Shown piece after piece: positions 49,775-61,002 of a DNA stretch of 64,000 nucleotides. Below the pieces are notes generated by a model. The model saw only the letters and a list, made by a program, of their open reading frames with translations. It made no database searches and had not been told where the DNA came from. Each line of letters starts with the position of its first letter. The first letter of the stretch is position 1. Both the position numbers and the translations under genes were made by a program. Source of the DNA: Rhizodiscina lignyota (lineage: Eukaryota); assembly GCA_010015805.1 (NCBI GenBank), contig ML978126.1, positions 558,001-622,000 on the forward strand, in the 5' to 3' direction.

Positions 49775-52282
49775 ATGAACGGACACTCAGGCAATATGGC
49801 GATACCGCCTCCACCGTCATCAAGGTACATACCACCACCTCCTACTGACGATTTCCCTCCCGGCCCCCCGCCTCCGCCAAGTTCACACGCGGTTGCGCAT
49901 CCTCCACCTCCTCCGCCAGACGTTGACAGCCTTGCGCCACCCGTAAAGAAGAAGAAGGGATGGGGAGCGGCACCGAAGAAAGAACCTCTGAGTATTGAGG
50001 AGATACTCCAGAAGAAGAGGGAAGCAGATGCAGCAGCGGCTAAGGTAAGTTCTCATCGCCACCACCGTTTCGCTTGTAATGTCTCGTTCACACACGATGC
50101 AGTCACGGTACAGAGTGGACTAACCAATCATTTCGCGCAGCCCAAATTCCTCTCAAAGGCTGAGCGCGAGAAGCTCGCCCTTGAAAAGCGGCAGAAGGAG
50201 GCCGAGGAGCAGAAGCGCAAGCTAGAGGCGCAAGCGGCCAGTCGCAACGGCAATGGCACGTCGAACGGTATCATGTCAAATGGTCATATGTCAAACATCA
50301 CGTCCAGATACCCGGACGAAGGAGCAAATGGCTCTGGGAAGCATGCTATACCAACCGGTCCTCGAGCCTTGCGACCTGGCGAAATTCCCACCGGCCCCGC
50401 AGCGATGCGCAATTCCCAGCACAACCGAGATTATGACATGATGCCTCCTCCTCCACCTAAATCTACCGCGATCGTAGATCGCAAAGGCGAAAAGAGGCCA
50501 GCGTCTTCACCTGAGGACACTGAAGCTTCGATAGTACGCCAACGGTACATGGGCGCTGAGCAGAACACGTCCAACTTTTCCGCGAAGAAAAAGCGGAGGC
50601 GCACTACGGAAAAGAAGTTCAATTTTGAGTGGAACGCAGAAGAAGATACAAGCCCCGATTATAATCCGCTCTATCAAGATCGCGCGAAAGCGAGCTTTTT
50701 CGGACGCGGCCATCTCGCCGGCCTCGCAGACGATACCGATGAGGGTGCGCGTAGATACGCGAGAGCATTAGAGGAGCATGATCACGAAGCCGGAAGATCA
50801 CGAGCGCAGGAAATGTTAGAGATGGAGCGGCGGAGGAAAGAAGAAGGAAGCCGCAATGGACTGGAGAAACATTGGAGCGAGAAGAGGCTGGATCAGATGC
50901 GCGAGCGCGACTGGCGTATCTTCAAAGAGGACTTCAACATCAGTACAAAGGGCGGAAGTATTCCGAACCCGATGCGCTCGTGGGAGGAGTCTGGATTGCC
51001 CAAGAAGCTGCTCGACGTTGTCGACAAAGTCGGATACGTGGACCCGTCTCCAGTGCAGAGAGCAGCCATCCCGATTGCACTCCAATCTCGCGATCTCATT
51101 GGTGTGGCTGTCACTGGATCTGGTAAGACTGCTGCGTTCTTGCTACCGCTACTAGTCTACATTTCGGAGCTACCCCCGCTCAACGAATCCACGACAAACG
51201 ATGGACCATACGCTATTATCCTCGCACCCACCCGTGAGCTGGCGCAACAGATTGAACTCGAAGCCAAAAAGTTTGCCGAACCTCTCAACTTCACCTGCGT
51301 GTCCATTGTCGGAGGTCACAGCATTGAAGAGCAAGCTTACCAACTCCGCAACGGAGCAGAAATCGTCATCGCTACTCCTGGTCGTCTTGTCGACTGTATC
51401 GAGCGCCGCGTCTTAGTCCTAGGCCAGTGCTGCTACGTCATCATGGATGAGGCGGATCGCATGATCGATCTCGGCTTTGAAGAGCCTGTCAACCGCATCC
51501 TCGACGCGCTACCAGTGCAAAACGAGAAGCCTGACTCAGATGACGCGGAGGACGCGGCCGCGATGAGCAGGCATCTCGGTGGCAAAGATAGATACCGCCA
51601 GACGATGATGTACACGGCGACGATGCCGTCAGCGGTCGAGCGCATCGCGAGAAAGTACCTACGTCGTCCGGCTATCGTGACGATCGGTAATGTCGGCGAG
51701 GCAGTTGAGACGGTCGAGCAGCGCGTCGAGTTTGTATCGGGCGAAGACAAGCGCAAGAAGCGCCTGCAAGAGATCCTGCAGAGTGGGGAGTTTCGCGCTC
51801 CGATCATCGTGTTCGTCAATATCAAACGGAACTGCGACGCTGTGGCGAGGGATATCAAGCACATGGGCTTCAGCAGCGTCACGCTGCACGGCAGCAAGAC
51901 TCAAGATCAACGTGAAGCAGCACTGGCGGCACTGCGGCAAGGCAACGCGGAAGTGTTGGTCGCCACGGATCTCGCGGGCAGAGGTATCGATGTCCCGGAT
52001 GTCAGTTTGGTGGTCAACTTCAACATGGCGACGAACATTGAAAGTTACACGCATCGTGTCGGTCGTACGGGTCGTGCGGGCAAGAGCGGTGTGGCCATCA
52101 CATTCTTGGGCAATGAGGACACAGATGTCATGTACGATCTCAAGCAGATGCTGCAGAAGTCCAGCATTTCGCGTGTGCCGGAGGAGCTGAGAAAGCACGA
52201 GGCTGCGCAACAGAAGTCGACGAGGGGTGGAGGAAAGAAAATGGAAGAGAGTGGTGCGTTTGGCGGGAAAGGTGGATGGTAG
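49775..52282 (+). CDS. PRP28: Pre-mRNA splicing DEAD-box helicase; intron 50045-50140
   Basis: PKFLSKAERE, KFNFEW..EDTS.DYNP, MRERDWRIFKEDF, AVTGSGKT, PTRELA, DEAD, TAT, HRVGRTGRAG. Confidence 0.96.
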   Translation: MNGHSGNMAIPPPPSSRYIPPPPTDDFPPGPPPPPSSHAVAHPPPPPPDVDSLAPPVKKKKGWGAAPKKEPLSIEEILQKKREADAAAAKVSSHRHHRFACNVSFTHDAVTVQSGLTNHFAQPKFLSKAEREKLALEKRQKEAEEQKRKLEAQAASRNGNGTSNGIMSNGHMSNITSRYPDEGANGSGKHAIPTGPRALRPGEIPTGPAAMRNSQHNRDYDMMPPPPPKSTAIVDRKGEKRPASSPEDTEASIVRQRYMGAEQNTSNFSAKKKRRRTTEKKFNFEWNAEEDTSPDYNPLYQDRAKASFFGRGHLAGLADDTDEGARRYARALEEHDHEAGRSRAQEMLEMERRRKEEGSRNGLEKHWSEKRLDQMRERDWRIFKEDFNISTKGGSIPNPMRSWEESGLPKKLLDVVDKVGYVDPSPVQRAAIPIALQSRDLIGVAVTGSGKTAAFLLPLLVYISELPPLNESTTNDGPYAIILAPTRELAQQIELEAKKFAEPLNFTCVSIVGGHSIEEQAYQLRNGAEIVIATPGRLVDCIERRVLVLGQCCYVIMDEADRMIDLGFEEPVNRILDALPVQNEKPDSDDAEDAAAMSRHLGGKDRYRQTMMYTATMPSAVERIARKYLRRPAIVTIGNVGEAVETVEQRVEFVSGEDKRKKRLQEILQSGEFRAPIIVFVNIKRNCDAVARDIKHMGFSSVTLHGSKTQDQREAALAALRQGNAEVLVATDLAGRGIDVPDVSLVVNFNMATNIESYTHRVGRTGRAGKSGVAITFLGNEDTDVMYDLKQMLQKSSISRVPEELRKHEAAQQKSTRGGGKKMEESGAFGGKGGW

Positions 52283-52747
52283 TCCTTTCATGAGAGCGTG
52301 CGGAAGCACAAGCGTGGGCAAATTGGTGCTGAGATGTATTCTACCAACTTCTCCGAAGAGATACCAGAATTTACGACTGAACTTTACTAAAGTGCTTGCA
52401 TGTTCCATTTCCCGGTAGAGCGATGGGTTCGTCATGGATAGTCGACCACCGCGCTACTGGGTCGAAGTACACATCCGCGAAGCACTGTCTTGGGAAGCTG
52501 TTGATGAAGTCCAAAATTACAGCCAGAGGCACATTTCTTGGATGTTTCATCCTGTTGAGCAGTTTCCCATCGGAGTGCCTACTAACTAAGCCAGACACCA
52601 TGAAGGATACTGAGATATATCTTGAGAAGAATAATATAGACACATAGTCAAACAACACCGTTTGTCTCAAGATCTCCAATGGAAGCTCCCGATTCTCTGT
52701 ACATGAATTGGCCTCATCTCGTACAGCGTTGATGGCTGTGCTTAGGT

Positions 52748-53137
52748 AAGTGTTTCTGCTCGGAGGTATTCAGAGAGTGGTTAGAGGGTGTTTAGCTCAG
52801 AGACGTGGTCAGAACGTGTTTAGAAAGTGTTCAGCTCGAAGAGGTATTTAGAAAGTGTTCAGAAAGTGTTCAGAAAGTATTCAGAAAGTGTTCAGAAAGT
52901 ATTCAAAAAGTGTTCAGAAAGTATTCAGAAAATACTTAGAGCGGAGACGTGTTTAGAGTGTGTTTAGAGTATGTTCAAAGTATATTCAGAGTATATTTAG
53001 AGTGTGTTTAAAGTATATTTAAAGTATATTCAAAGTGTATTTAGAATATATTTAAAGTGTATTTAGGGTGTGTTTAAAGTGTATTCAGAGTGTGTTTAGG
53101 GTGTTTTTAGTTCGGGGAGGTATTCAGAGAGTGTTTA
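52748..53137. repeat. Compound minisatellite of 11-bp units (GTGTTCAGAAA-type block, then GTGTTTAGAGT-type block), roughly 30 units
   Basis: Tandem repeats visible directly; unit variants are mostly C>T and G>A transitions. Confidence 0.9.
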
Positions 53138-53380
53138 TGCACTTGAGAGGTTGAATTCGTGAGAGGGGAAGAAAATTTCCAATTTTAAACCCATTCCTTG
53201 TGTACGGTCTTGAGCACGGCAGAAGTCACAGAATACATGGCAGACGCTGACACTGGTATCGTTCGAAGTTGGTCAACTGAATGCATCAAATTGGGATCAA
53301 ACCAAGTGCGCCATCCGCTCTAGTGGTATCTCTAAATTTTGCGCAGTGCCGTCGCGTCTCACACAATCTGTACAAGTACA

Positions 53381-54783
53381 TTAATCTTCGTCATATTTAT
53401 TGCTCAGGTCTCCAAGCAGGACATCGTCTGGTGCTGGTCCACGGTTGTTCCGGACTATTGGTGCACTATTAGCTTTCGTCTTCTGGCTCTAAATAAGAGC
53501 TGCTACTTACCCCACTCTGCCTCTACGCGGAAGAATATCCAGATCCACCGCCTAAAGACTTCCAGAAGTTCCATGAGAAAGATGCCACCCTCAAGGTCAT
53601 TGAAGTGATCCAAATGCGGCGAAAGCTTGAAACTCCAAGTACACCTCAACAGCAAATCCAACACAATAACGCCATAATAGATGTTGTTGTCACTGAAATA
53701 ACGATGCCGCCGTAGCGCCCAAGGATGCTCTGGATCGTTCCGCTCCGCAGCAGATGAGAACAGTGTGAGGTCCCAATCCTTAGCAACGTCCCAATAGAAT
53801 GAGTAAAACGAATTCAAAAATACGAAGAACATCCACAGGCGGAACAGGCCAGCCTCAGTCATTCCCATCTTGGCCGGATCGTACCCGCGCTGCAGGGCGC
53901 TGAGAATGATAACAGGAAAGGCGGTTGAATATTTGAGCGCGTTCGCAAGATGCTGGCCTCCCCAGCCCTGAGACACATTACCGCCCATTGCACCTTTTCT
54001 GTTTGCCTTCCGCACTCGCCCATACTCGATGAGACATTGCCGCAGCCGAATCATGCTTGGGATGCTGATGATCAGCGGCACCATGATCATTCCGCCGCAG
54101 TGTCGGTCTGGCCGTGCAGTGGAGCTCTTCCCTCGGGAAAAAAACATGCAGAGCGTGACGAAGAGGTCTCCAAGCACTTTTGCATATGATGTGAGCGCAT
54201 CAGCGAGGAGGACGTCTCCGAATTTGCCATCTTGCGCTTCTGCAATGCCGCCAATACTGATGCGCTTAAGGGTTGTAAGAGTACGCCATCGCCCGCCGCC
54301 AGAGAATATGTGGAAAGGAAGGAGGAAGCAGACGAGGAGGACGAGGAGGTAGAGATTGGGAAGCAGTTCCCAGGAGAGGACTGCAGAGGAGTTGCCACGC
54401 GTAACTATCCAGAAGAGGAGAAGCGAAGACGCAAAGGGAATTGTGAGCAGGGTCGCCAAGCGGTATGTGGATAGGTGGTGAGAGGGTAAAGTAGGTGACG
54501 GTCGAGACGGGTAACGGATCAGCGTCGGTACGTCCTGATGCCATTAGTGACTGTTAATCCTCCGAATTACGATATAGCCAAGCGTACAATTCTAAGAAGG
54601 GATAGATAGTGGAGATTCGCTCCCCAAGCCCACACGCCTGTACTCCATTGTCAGCCGTCTGTTGGATCCTCGTGGGACAGGAAATTGTATACCGAGGACT
54701 ATGATCAGCGCAACGCGGTATGGAAGAGGCAGGAATAGACTGAACGAGTCGAGTTCTGGCTCGACTGCAGGGTCACCGTCCAT
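53381..54783 (-). CDS. ERD1: EXS-family protein for ER protein retention / Golgi phosphate recycling, 4 exons
   Basis: FLPLPYRVA, FGDVLLADALTSYAK, RLRQCL.EY, HLANALKY, YSFYWDVAKDWDL, DLLLRCTWS.KLS, EVFRRWIWIFFRVEAEW|VRNNRGP...DED*. No SPX domain. Confidence 0.92.
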
Positions 54784-55284
54784 TATGGAGCAACATTCGG
54801 GCCCCTACGAGATGTTCCGTGCAGAAGGGAGATCACCGAAAGCTGAGGATCATTAAGCTTAAAATGAGTGACTGAGGTGAGAGGTGTGAGGCGTGAAGAA
54901 TTGAGACTTGAAAGGGCGCAAGGAAGGAGATTGTATATGGAAGCCTGGGGGAGGAGAGTACAAGCTGTCTCCTTGCAGTGGCCGTTGGGAATTACGACGT
55001 GCAACTGTGGCGTTGTGGCTTGGCTGCGTCATTCGCGTGGCCCGAATTTCTGGGCAGTTGCGCATGTGCTGCCGCTACCTACCTATGTCACTGCTGCTAA
55101 CGCCGCTCCATCCAAGTTTTTGGTCACTCCACCGTTATGTATTGCTGGAGCCTGCGGCGGACACTCGAACAATTCGCCTCCTGTGCCTAGTACCTATATT
55201 CGCACACTCTCCCCACGTTGCATTGTTTGCGAGGATGCTCTCCTGCCCCAATCGCATTCTTATATCGCGGAGGATACACCTGCC

Positions 55285-58200
55285 ATGAGGCACCCGGCGA
55301 CCCCCTCGGGCGCTTGCCACGAGCGAACGCCATACCATCGCAAACGAAAATTCTCCGCTCGGCCTTTCTACCTCGCTCTCCTCGCCATCAGTGCGCTGTG
55401 CGCTTATAATCTAGTGACGGGAAGATCTGGAACGCTATCAAACGGCGGAGAGACATTGGTCACGCGAGACATCAGCGATGTCTTCGGACAAGACGTGAAA
55501 GACGTACGCCACACCCAGTTTCACCATTCTGCAATCTACTGACGATGCGATGCAGTGCCATCTGGTCCATCGTGCCCCCGATAAATGCGCCTTCGTCAAA
55601 GCCCATTGTCCGGATGAAGAGGCGGGCCTCTTCTCCTACCTCACCCTGTATTATTGTAACCTGCCACAAGTACAACCGTTCGCTTTCATAGTCATAGCAC
55701 TATGGCTCTGCCTGCTCTTCAGCACAATCGGAATAGCAGCGAGCGACTTCTTCTGCGTCAATCTCAGCACAATAGCAAGTCTACTGGGCATGAGCGAAAG
55801 CTTGGCTGGCGTCACGTTCTTGGCATTTGGAAATGGCAGTCCGGATGTCTTCTCGACATTTGCTGCCATGGGCACAAACAGCGGAAGTCTTGCCGTTGGA
55901 GAGCTTATCGGCGCCGCTAGTTTCATCACAGCCGTCGTTGCAGGATCAATGGCCATTGTGAGACCTTTCAAGGTCGCAAGAAAGAGCTTCGTCCGAGATG
56001 TTGGCTTCTTCATTGTAGCCGCGGCTTTCAGCATCGTCTTCCTTCGCGACTCGAAACTGTATCTTTGGGAGAGTGCGGCAATGGTCGGGTTCTATCTCTT
56101 CTACGTCGCCTTTGTGATCTTCTGGCACTGGTGGCAGGGGAAATCGAGGAAGCGGCGTCATACGGAAGCGCTTGCAAGGGATCATTTCGTTGGTCCCGGC
56201 AGTGATGTTGAACCTGTCGAGCCGTACCATGATGACGAGGACCTTCCTACTAATGGACGGCCTACACCCTCACGAACGACTACAATGACTGATTTTATCG
56301 CTCTTGAGCGCGGGGCAACCGATTGGTCCGAAGAAATCGATGCCGATGATCAGGAGGAAGCCCGTGAACGCTGGCTTGGCGAAATTAGCAGTAACATGCG
56401 AGTCAACCGACCCCGCGTAGGTGCAAGACGAGGTACCTTAAATCCAATTAGGCCGAGTTTGGTCGGTGCTTTGGAGTTTCGAGCCGTTTTGGCGGGCCTG
56501 GAAAAGTCAAGAAACATCCAATCAATTCCTATCAACCTTCGGCGCTACTCGGATGACCCGACATTCACTTCGGCACAGCAACATGACCAACTCTCGACAA
56601 TCTCCGACCCACCTGTACGGCCGTCGTATGAAGTGATTGCTGAGTATGGAGCGCAACATAATCCCAACAACCAGTATCTCGATGTAAAGGGAGCAACTGG
56701 ACATCGAGCACGTGCAGTGTCTGCAAATGATATTGATAGACTAGATCCAGCTATGGTTGCGCACTTCGATCATTTGGGCCCAGTGAATGAGGAGGACAGG
56801 AGTCGGCAGACTTCTCACGACCACGGGACTGACGGCGCAGGCCCATCTACCCCGTCCGTTCAGGTCTCGTTGACGCCGCCACCTTCAGAGCCAAGTTCAT
56901 CGAGAGCTCCGAGCATCCATCCCCCTCAGCGGAGCGAAGGCCCTCAGTTCCTTGTACCGCCCTCTAATGAGTTCTACGGTCCGCCTTCCCGGCCCCGACC
57001 TTTGAATGACCGCTCCTTAAGTCCTGGTTCCATTCCGCAACTACAACCTGAAAGCAACCAACGTCCAGATCCGCCGAAGCTTCAAATACCTCAACCTCCC
57101 CACCGTCAAGAAAGTGGGGCATCGTCGCCCCTCTCACCATTCCCATTGTTCGTGGATGATCCAAACACATCGACGCGTTCAAGAGCTTCAAGCCTTCGAC
57201 TCCCTCCACCTGGTGAGTCACACGAGGCTCTACACGCCAATGGTCATCTCCAACACTACGAGGTTTCTCGCAAGCGTTTACGGTGGTGGCCGTACCGCAT
57301 ATTGCCACCTCCAGAAGTGTTGTTCTCCACACTATTTCCCACGCTGTGCAATTGGCGCGAGAAAAATATCTGGGAGCGATCTTTGGGTATCGTTGCAGCC
57401 CCAAGTATTTTCTGCCTCACGATCACACTTCCGATTGTGGAAATCGAGCAAAAGCTTGAAAGAGAGAGCCGTATTCCGACATTGACTCTTCCATCAGGTG
57501 GGTCCCTTGTCGCTAACGGTCATCCGGATAATCGGAAGAGCACAATCACCATCCTCGAGCCGGACAGTTCTACAATCATAGATACCACAGATCCAGGCTC
57601 TACTGTGAAAAGCATTGGGGCCCATGGAACAACTGCGACTGTCGCAGTGTCTGCTGAGAACCTGCATCAGCACGCAGAGCACCCGGAGACTCTTCCGTTG
57701 CTGTCGCCCAGCCAGCCTCGTCTTCTCGATTCACCAGAACAACTTCCTTCAGCTTCCTCCGTCAACGACCCCGCTGGGCCTAAAGAGTGGAACCGCTGGC
57801 TCCTCATGATCCAATGCTTCACCTCCCCAGTCTTCACTATGCTCATCTTCTACGCCAACTTCCTGTCCGACGACCACGGCCCGTTACTGCTCCTCAAAAT
57901 GTGCCTATACTCCCTAATTGTGGGCTGCGCCCTTCTCGCGCTCGTCCTCACCACCTCGACTCCCACACGACCTCCCAAATGGCGCACCTCTCTCTGCTTT
58001 GTCGGCTTCATCGTCAGCATAGCGTGGATCTCGACAATCGCAAACGAAGTCGTCGGCGTCCTCAAGTGGCTCGGCGTCGTGCTCAACATGTCCGATGCCA
58101 TCCTCGGCCTGACCGTCTTTGCGGTTGGTAACTCGCTCGGGGACTTTGTTGCCGACGTGACGGTGGCGCGTCTCGGCTTCCCTGTCATGGCGCTATCCGC

Positions 58201-58525
58201 GTGCTTCGGCGGCCCGATGCTGAATATCCTGCTGGGCATTGGGCTCAGCGGGATGTACATGACCATTACAAGGGCACAGAAGAAGGGCGAGAAGCACCCG
58301 GATCAGCCGTTGCGACTTAAGCCGTTCCATGTTGATGTCTCGGGGACGCTGTTGATCAGTGGCGCGACGCTGCTCATCACGCTGGTCTGCTTGCTTATCG
58401 CGGTGCCGTTAAGGAAGTGGAGAATGGATAGAGTGATTGGCATGCTCTTGATTATTCTGTGGGTGGCGAGTACGGCGACGAATGTCGTGGTTGAGCTGCT
58501 GGGTTTGAGCGATGATATTGGATGA
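55285..58525 (+). CDS. Cation/Ca2+ exchanger (CCX/NCLX-like); exons 55285-55503, 55556-58525
   Basis: Alpha-1 repeat AGVTFLAFGNGSPDVFS and alpha-2 repeat LGLTVFAVGNSLGD...SACFGGPMLN, separated by a large cytoplasmic loop. Confidence 0.93.
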
Positions 58526-58629
58526 GGGTACGTGAATTCGATGTCGATTCTTTATTGTTGATCAGTTTAAAGGCGTTTTTGGGTTAAAGGAATTGCGATA
58601 CCCGCATACGTTGGCTCTGTGGATAGTTG

Positions 58630-58686
58630 GGGATGCATGGAATTGGAGCATTCACCTGACATCATTCACTGTGAATACACCTCTTT
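58630..58686 (+). promoter_or_regulatory. Conserved upstream block, copy 1 (before F-box-like gene A)
   Basis: 49/57 nt identical to 59767-59823 by manual alignment; followed by a TATA-like TATATATA near 58756. Confidence 0.65.
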
Positions 58687-58814
58687 ATGTTATACCGTGT
58701 TTACCTTGTGTTCAAGCGAGAAACACGTCATCGTAGCCGCGCGCTTGTGGAGGAGTATATATATTCTCCTTTCAATTCCTTTTCTCAACCAAACTTTCTC
58801 AACATCTTCTCATT

Positions 58815-59579
58815 ATGGCGACGCAACGTCGCTACCACACTCGATCTCGCTCGATCTTCCCTTTCTTCCGCCTTCCAGCCGAGCTTCGCGATGCAGTCTA
58901 CGATGCCTACCATCCCTCTCCAGATATCAAGGTCGTCAAAAGTACAAAGATGACCGTCGCGCCAGGCATTCTCAGAGTTAGTGGCCTAGGAGGAGATGAG
59001 CTGGGCCCTATTCTCAAGCTGTGTCACATCAACCGTCAAATCCGCCAGGAAGTGTTGCAGCGTCTGCTCGCCCGTAAGACCGCTGTGGTTAGAGCCGCCG
59101 ATCTTAAGCAACTCATCAATCTCATTTCGAGCGAGGTTCGCAACAGACTCAGCAGCATGTACTTGCAAGGGTTTTCGATGACCCCCTTGGACAGTTCTTG
59201 GTACCAAGGTTTTGCAGAAGAGTCTGTCCTGGAACGGCGTGGAGTCCTCGCCTTCGACCGCGACGCTGTGTTCGACCTCTCTGTTAACCTGAAAGTCGAA
59301 TTCCCTGCGTTGAGACAACTTCAAGTACGCTTGCACGGTCTCGACTGCTCGAACCCGGATTTCGTTGAAAGCATTAATACAATCCTCCATTCAACCAACG
59401 GACCGCATCTGGCTCTGTTGCAGTCTCTCAAAGGAGTGATGTGGCTGTGCAATCTACGTGGGCTTGAAGCGTTCTACTTGGACAAGGACCACTGGTGTGA
59501 AGCATGTGATAAGCTGCACAATATCGAAGTACAGGCGATAGAGCGTTATATTCGAGAGCAAGTCGTCGGAACTGTCTAG
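58815..59579 (+). CDS. F-box-like hypothetical protein A, intronless
   Basis: N-terminal FPFFRLPAELRDAVY; LKLCHINRQIRQEVL; clear paralogue immediately downstream. Confidence 0.75.
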   Translation: MATQRRYHTRSRSIFPFFRLPAELRDAVYDAYHPSPDIKVVKSTKMTVAPGILRVSGLGGDELGPILKLCHINRQIRQEVLQRLLARKTAVVRAADLKQLINLISSEVRNRLSSMYLQGFSMTPLDSSWYQGFAEESVLERRGVLAFDRDAVFDLSVNLKVEFPALRQLQVRLHGLDCSNPDFVESINTILHSTNGPHLALLQSLKGVMWLCNLRGLEAFYLDKDHWCEACDKLHNIEVQAIERYIREQVVGTV

Positions 59580-59766
59580 CGCGGCCTCCTTGAGCGTGGC
59601 GTTCATGGGAACATGGAGCGCTGGATTTCTCGGGCAGACTAAAAGGCATTGGCTCAGACAGGCTTGATGGTGACGGAAGGTTCAAGCGTGACTATAATTC
59701 AAGTTACAATACACTGACGTTCAAGTATGTCTATACTCTTCAATCAATACAGGTTACACCCTACCT

Positions 59767-59823
59767 GGGATGCAAGGAATGGGAGCATTCACTTGGTCTC
59801 ATTCACTGTCAATACATCTCTTT
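59767..59823 (+). promoter_or_regulatory. Conserved upstream block, copy 2 (before F-box-like gene B)
   Basis: Matches 58630-58686; followed by TATAAATA at 59971. Confidence 0.65.
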
Positions 59824-60023
59824 GCATCATGCCGAGTCTAGCCGTTCACTTCAAGTGAAATGTGATATCACAGCCGCGCAAGCACAGACTTGTGTTCACT
59901 CTGCGGTTTCGGAGCGAAGCCTTTCGACAGCGGCTGCCTTCACAACAACCCGCACCAGCGGAAGAGCGTGTATAAATATCTTCTTTCTTCCCTGTATCTC
60001 TCAACTTCCTCAACACCTCCAAG

Positions 60024-60884
60024 ATGGGTTGGTCAGAGTCCAGCCTGACTTCCTTGGCGGCTTTAATCAAGAGTCTCACCACGGCGACGCTAGATCCTCA
60101 CGAGGACAGTCCTCACGATGGCAATTCACGCGCTGCCTCTCCCTTCCTCAGTCTTCCCGCCGAGCTCCGCATCGCCATCTACGACGCGTACCATCCGTCG
60201 TCGATCATTGCTGCGAGGTCTATCATCGGCATCATGACGGATGTCACCAAGACGCAGGGCTTCCTACCTTCTTTCAGCGCCGGAAATGACAGCCTCGGCG
60301 CGATTTTCAAACTGTGTCATATCAACCGCCAAATCCGCAATGAGGTGCTGCACCATTTCTTCGCGAGCAAGACCGTCGCCGTCAAGCCTGACAACCTCCC
60401 GAGACTTATTAAGGTCCTCCCGCATCAAGCTCGCAACATCCTAAGCAGCATCTTCTTGGTCGCATTTCCGATCTATTCAAGGCCGGATGATCCGAACCAT
60501 TTTCACACGCGGTGGGAAACATACTATAATGCCGACCCCCGGCACTGCTTTCGGTATCAGCTGAAGACGGAATTCCCAGCGCTGAAAAGACTTCGAGTGC
60601 GCCTACATCATCGTGCGTGCCTGCGCTGCGACTGGGTATGGGGCTGGCATGGTGTGGAACCGGATATGGGCAAGTTGCTGGCGGGCCAGGGACCGGCGTG
60701 GCTGTCCAAGCAGTATGGAGTCGAGGAGTTCGCGTTGGACAAGAACGGCGTCTACTGCAAGTTCTGCCGTGAAGGGGGCGATACCGCGGCACAGTTGGAG
60801 AAGCTCGAGGGCCGCATCCAAGAGCGGATTGCTGGATGCCCGCCTCCAAGAGTAGATATTTGGAGACTAGCGGGCCGGTGGTGA
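60024..60884 (+). CDS. F-box-like hypothetical protein B, intronless, paralogue of A
   Basis: PFLSLPAELRIAIYDAYHPS; FKLCHINRQIRNEVL; LKTEFPALKRLRVRLH. Confidence 0.75.
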   Translation: MGWSESSLTSLAALIKSLTTATLDPHEDSPHDGNSRAASPFLSLPAELRIAIYDAYHPSSIIAARSIIGIMTDVTKTQGFLPSFSAGNDSLGAIFKLCHINRQIRNEVLHHFFASKTVAVKPDNLPRLIKVLPHQARNILSSIFLVAFPIYSRPDDPNHFHTRWETYYNADPRHCFRYQLKTEFPALKRLRVRLHHRACLRCDWVWGWHGVEPDMGKLLAGQGPAWLSKQYGVEEFALDKNGVYCKFCREGGDTAAQLEKLEGRIQERIAGCPPPRVDIWRLAGRW

Positions 60885-61002
60885 AGAGGTATTAGGCGGA
60901 ACAAAACTACGATACACAGGCATTTGAGGAGGCCTACACTATTCCAGTCAATCCATATTATTCCCGCCAATACTGTGCACTTCTGATAAATACCTTCGTG
61001 AG

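Noticed and set aside
51659..52435. 258-aa antisense ORF over PRP28
   Set aside because: A shadow of GC3-rich codon usage on the coding strand.
52748..53137. CRISPR array or interstitial telomere
   Set aside because: No unique spacers and a eukaryotic context. TTTAGGG occurs only twice, as variants of an 11-bp unit, not as tandem telomeric repeats.
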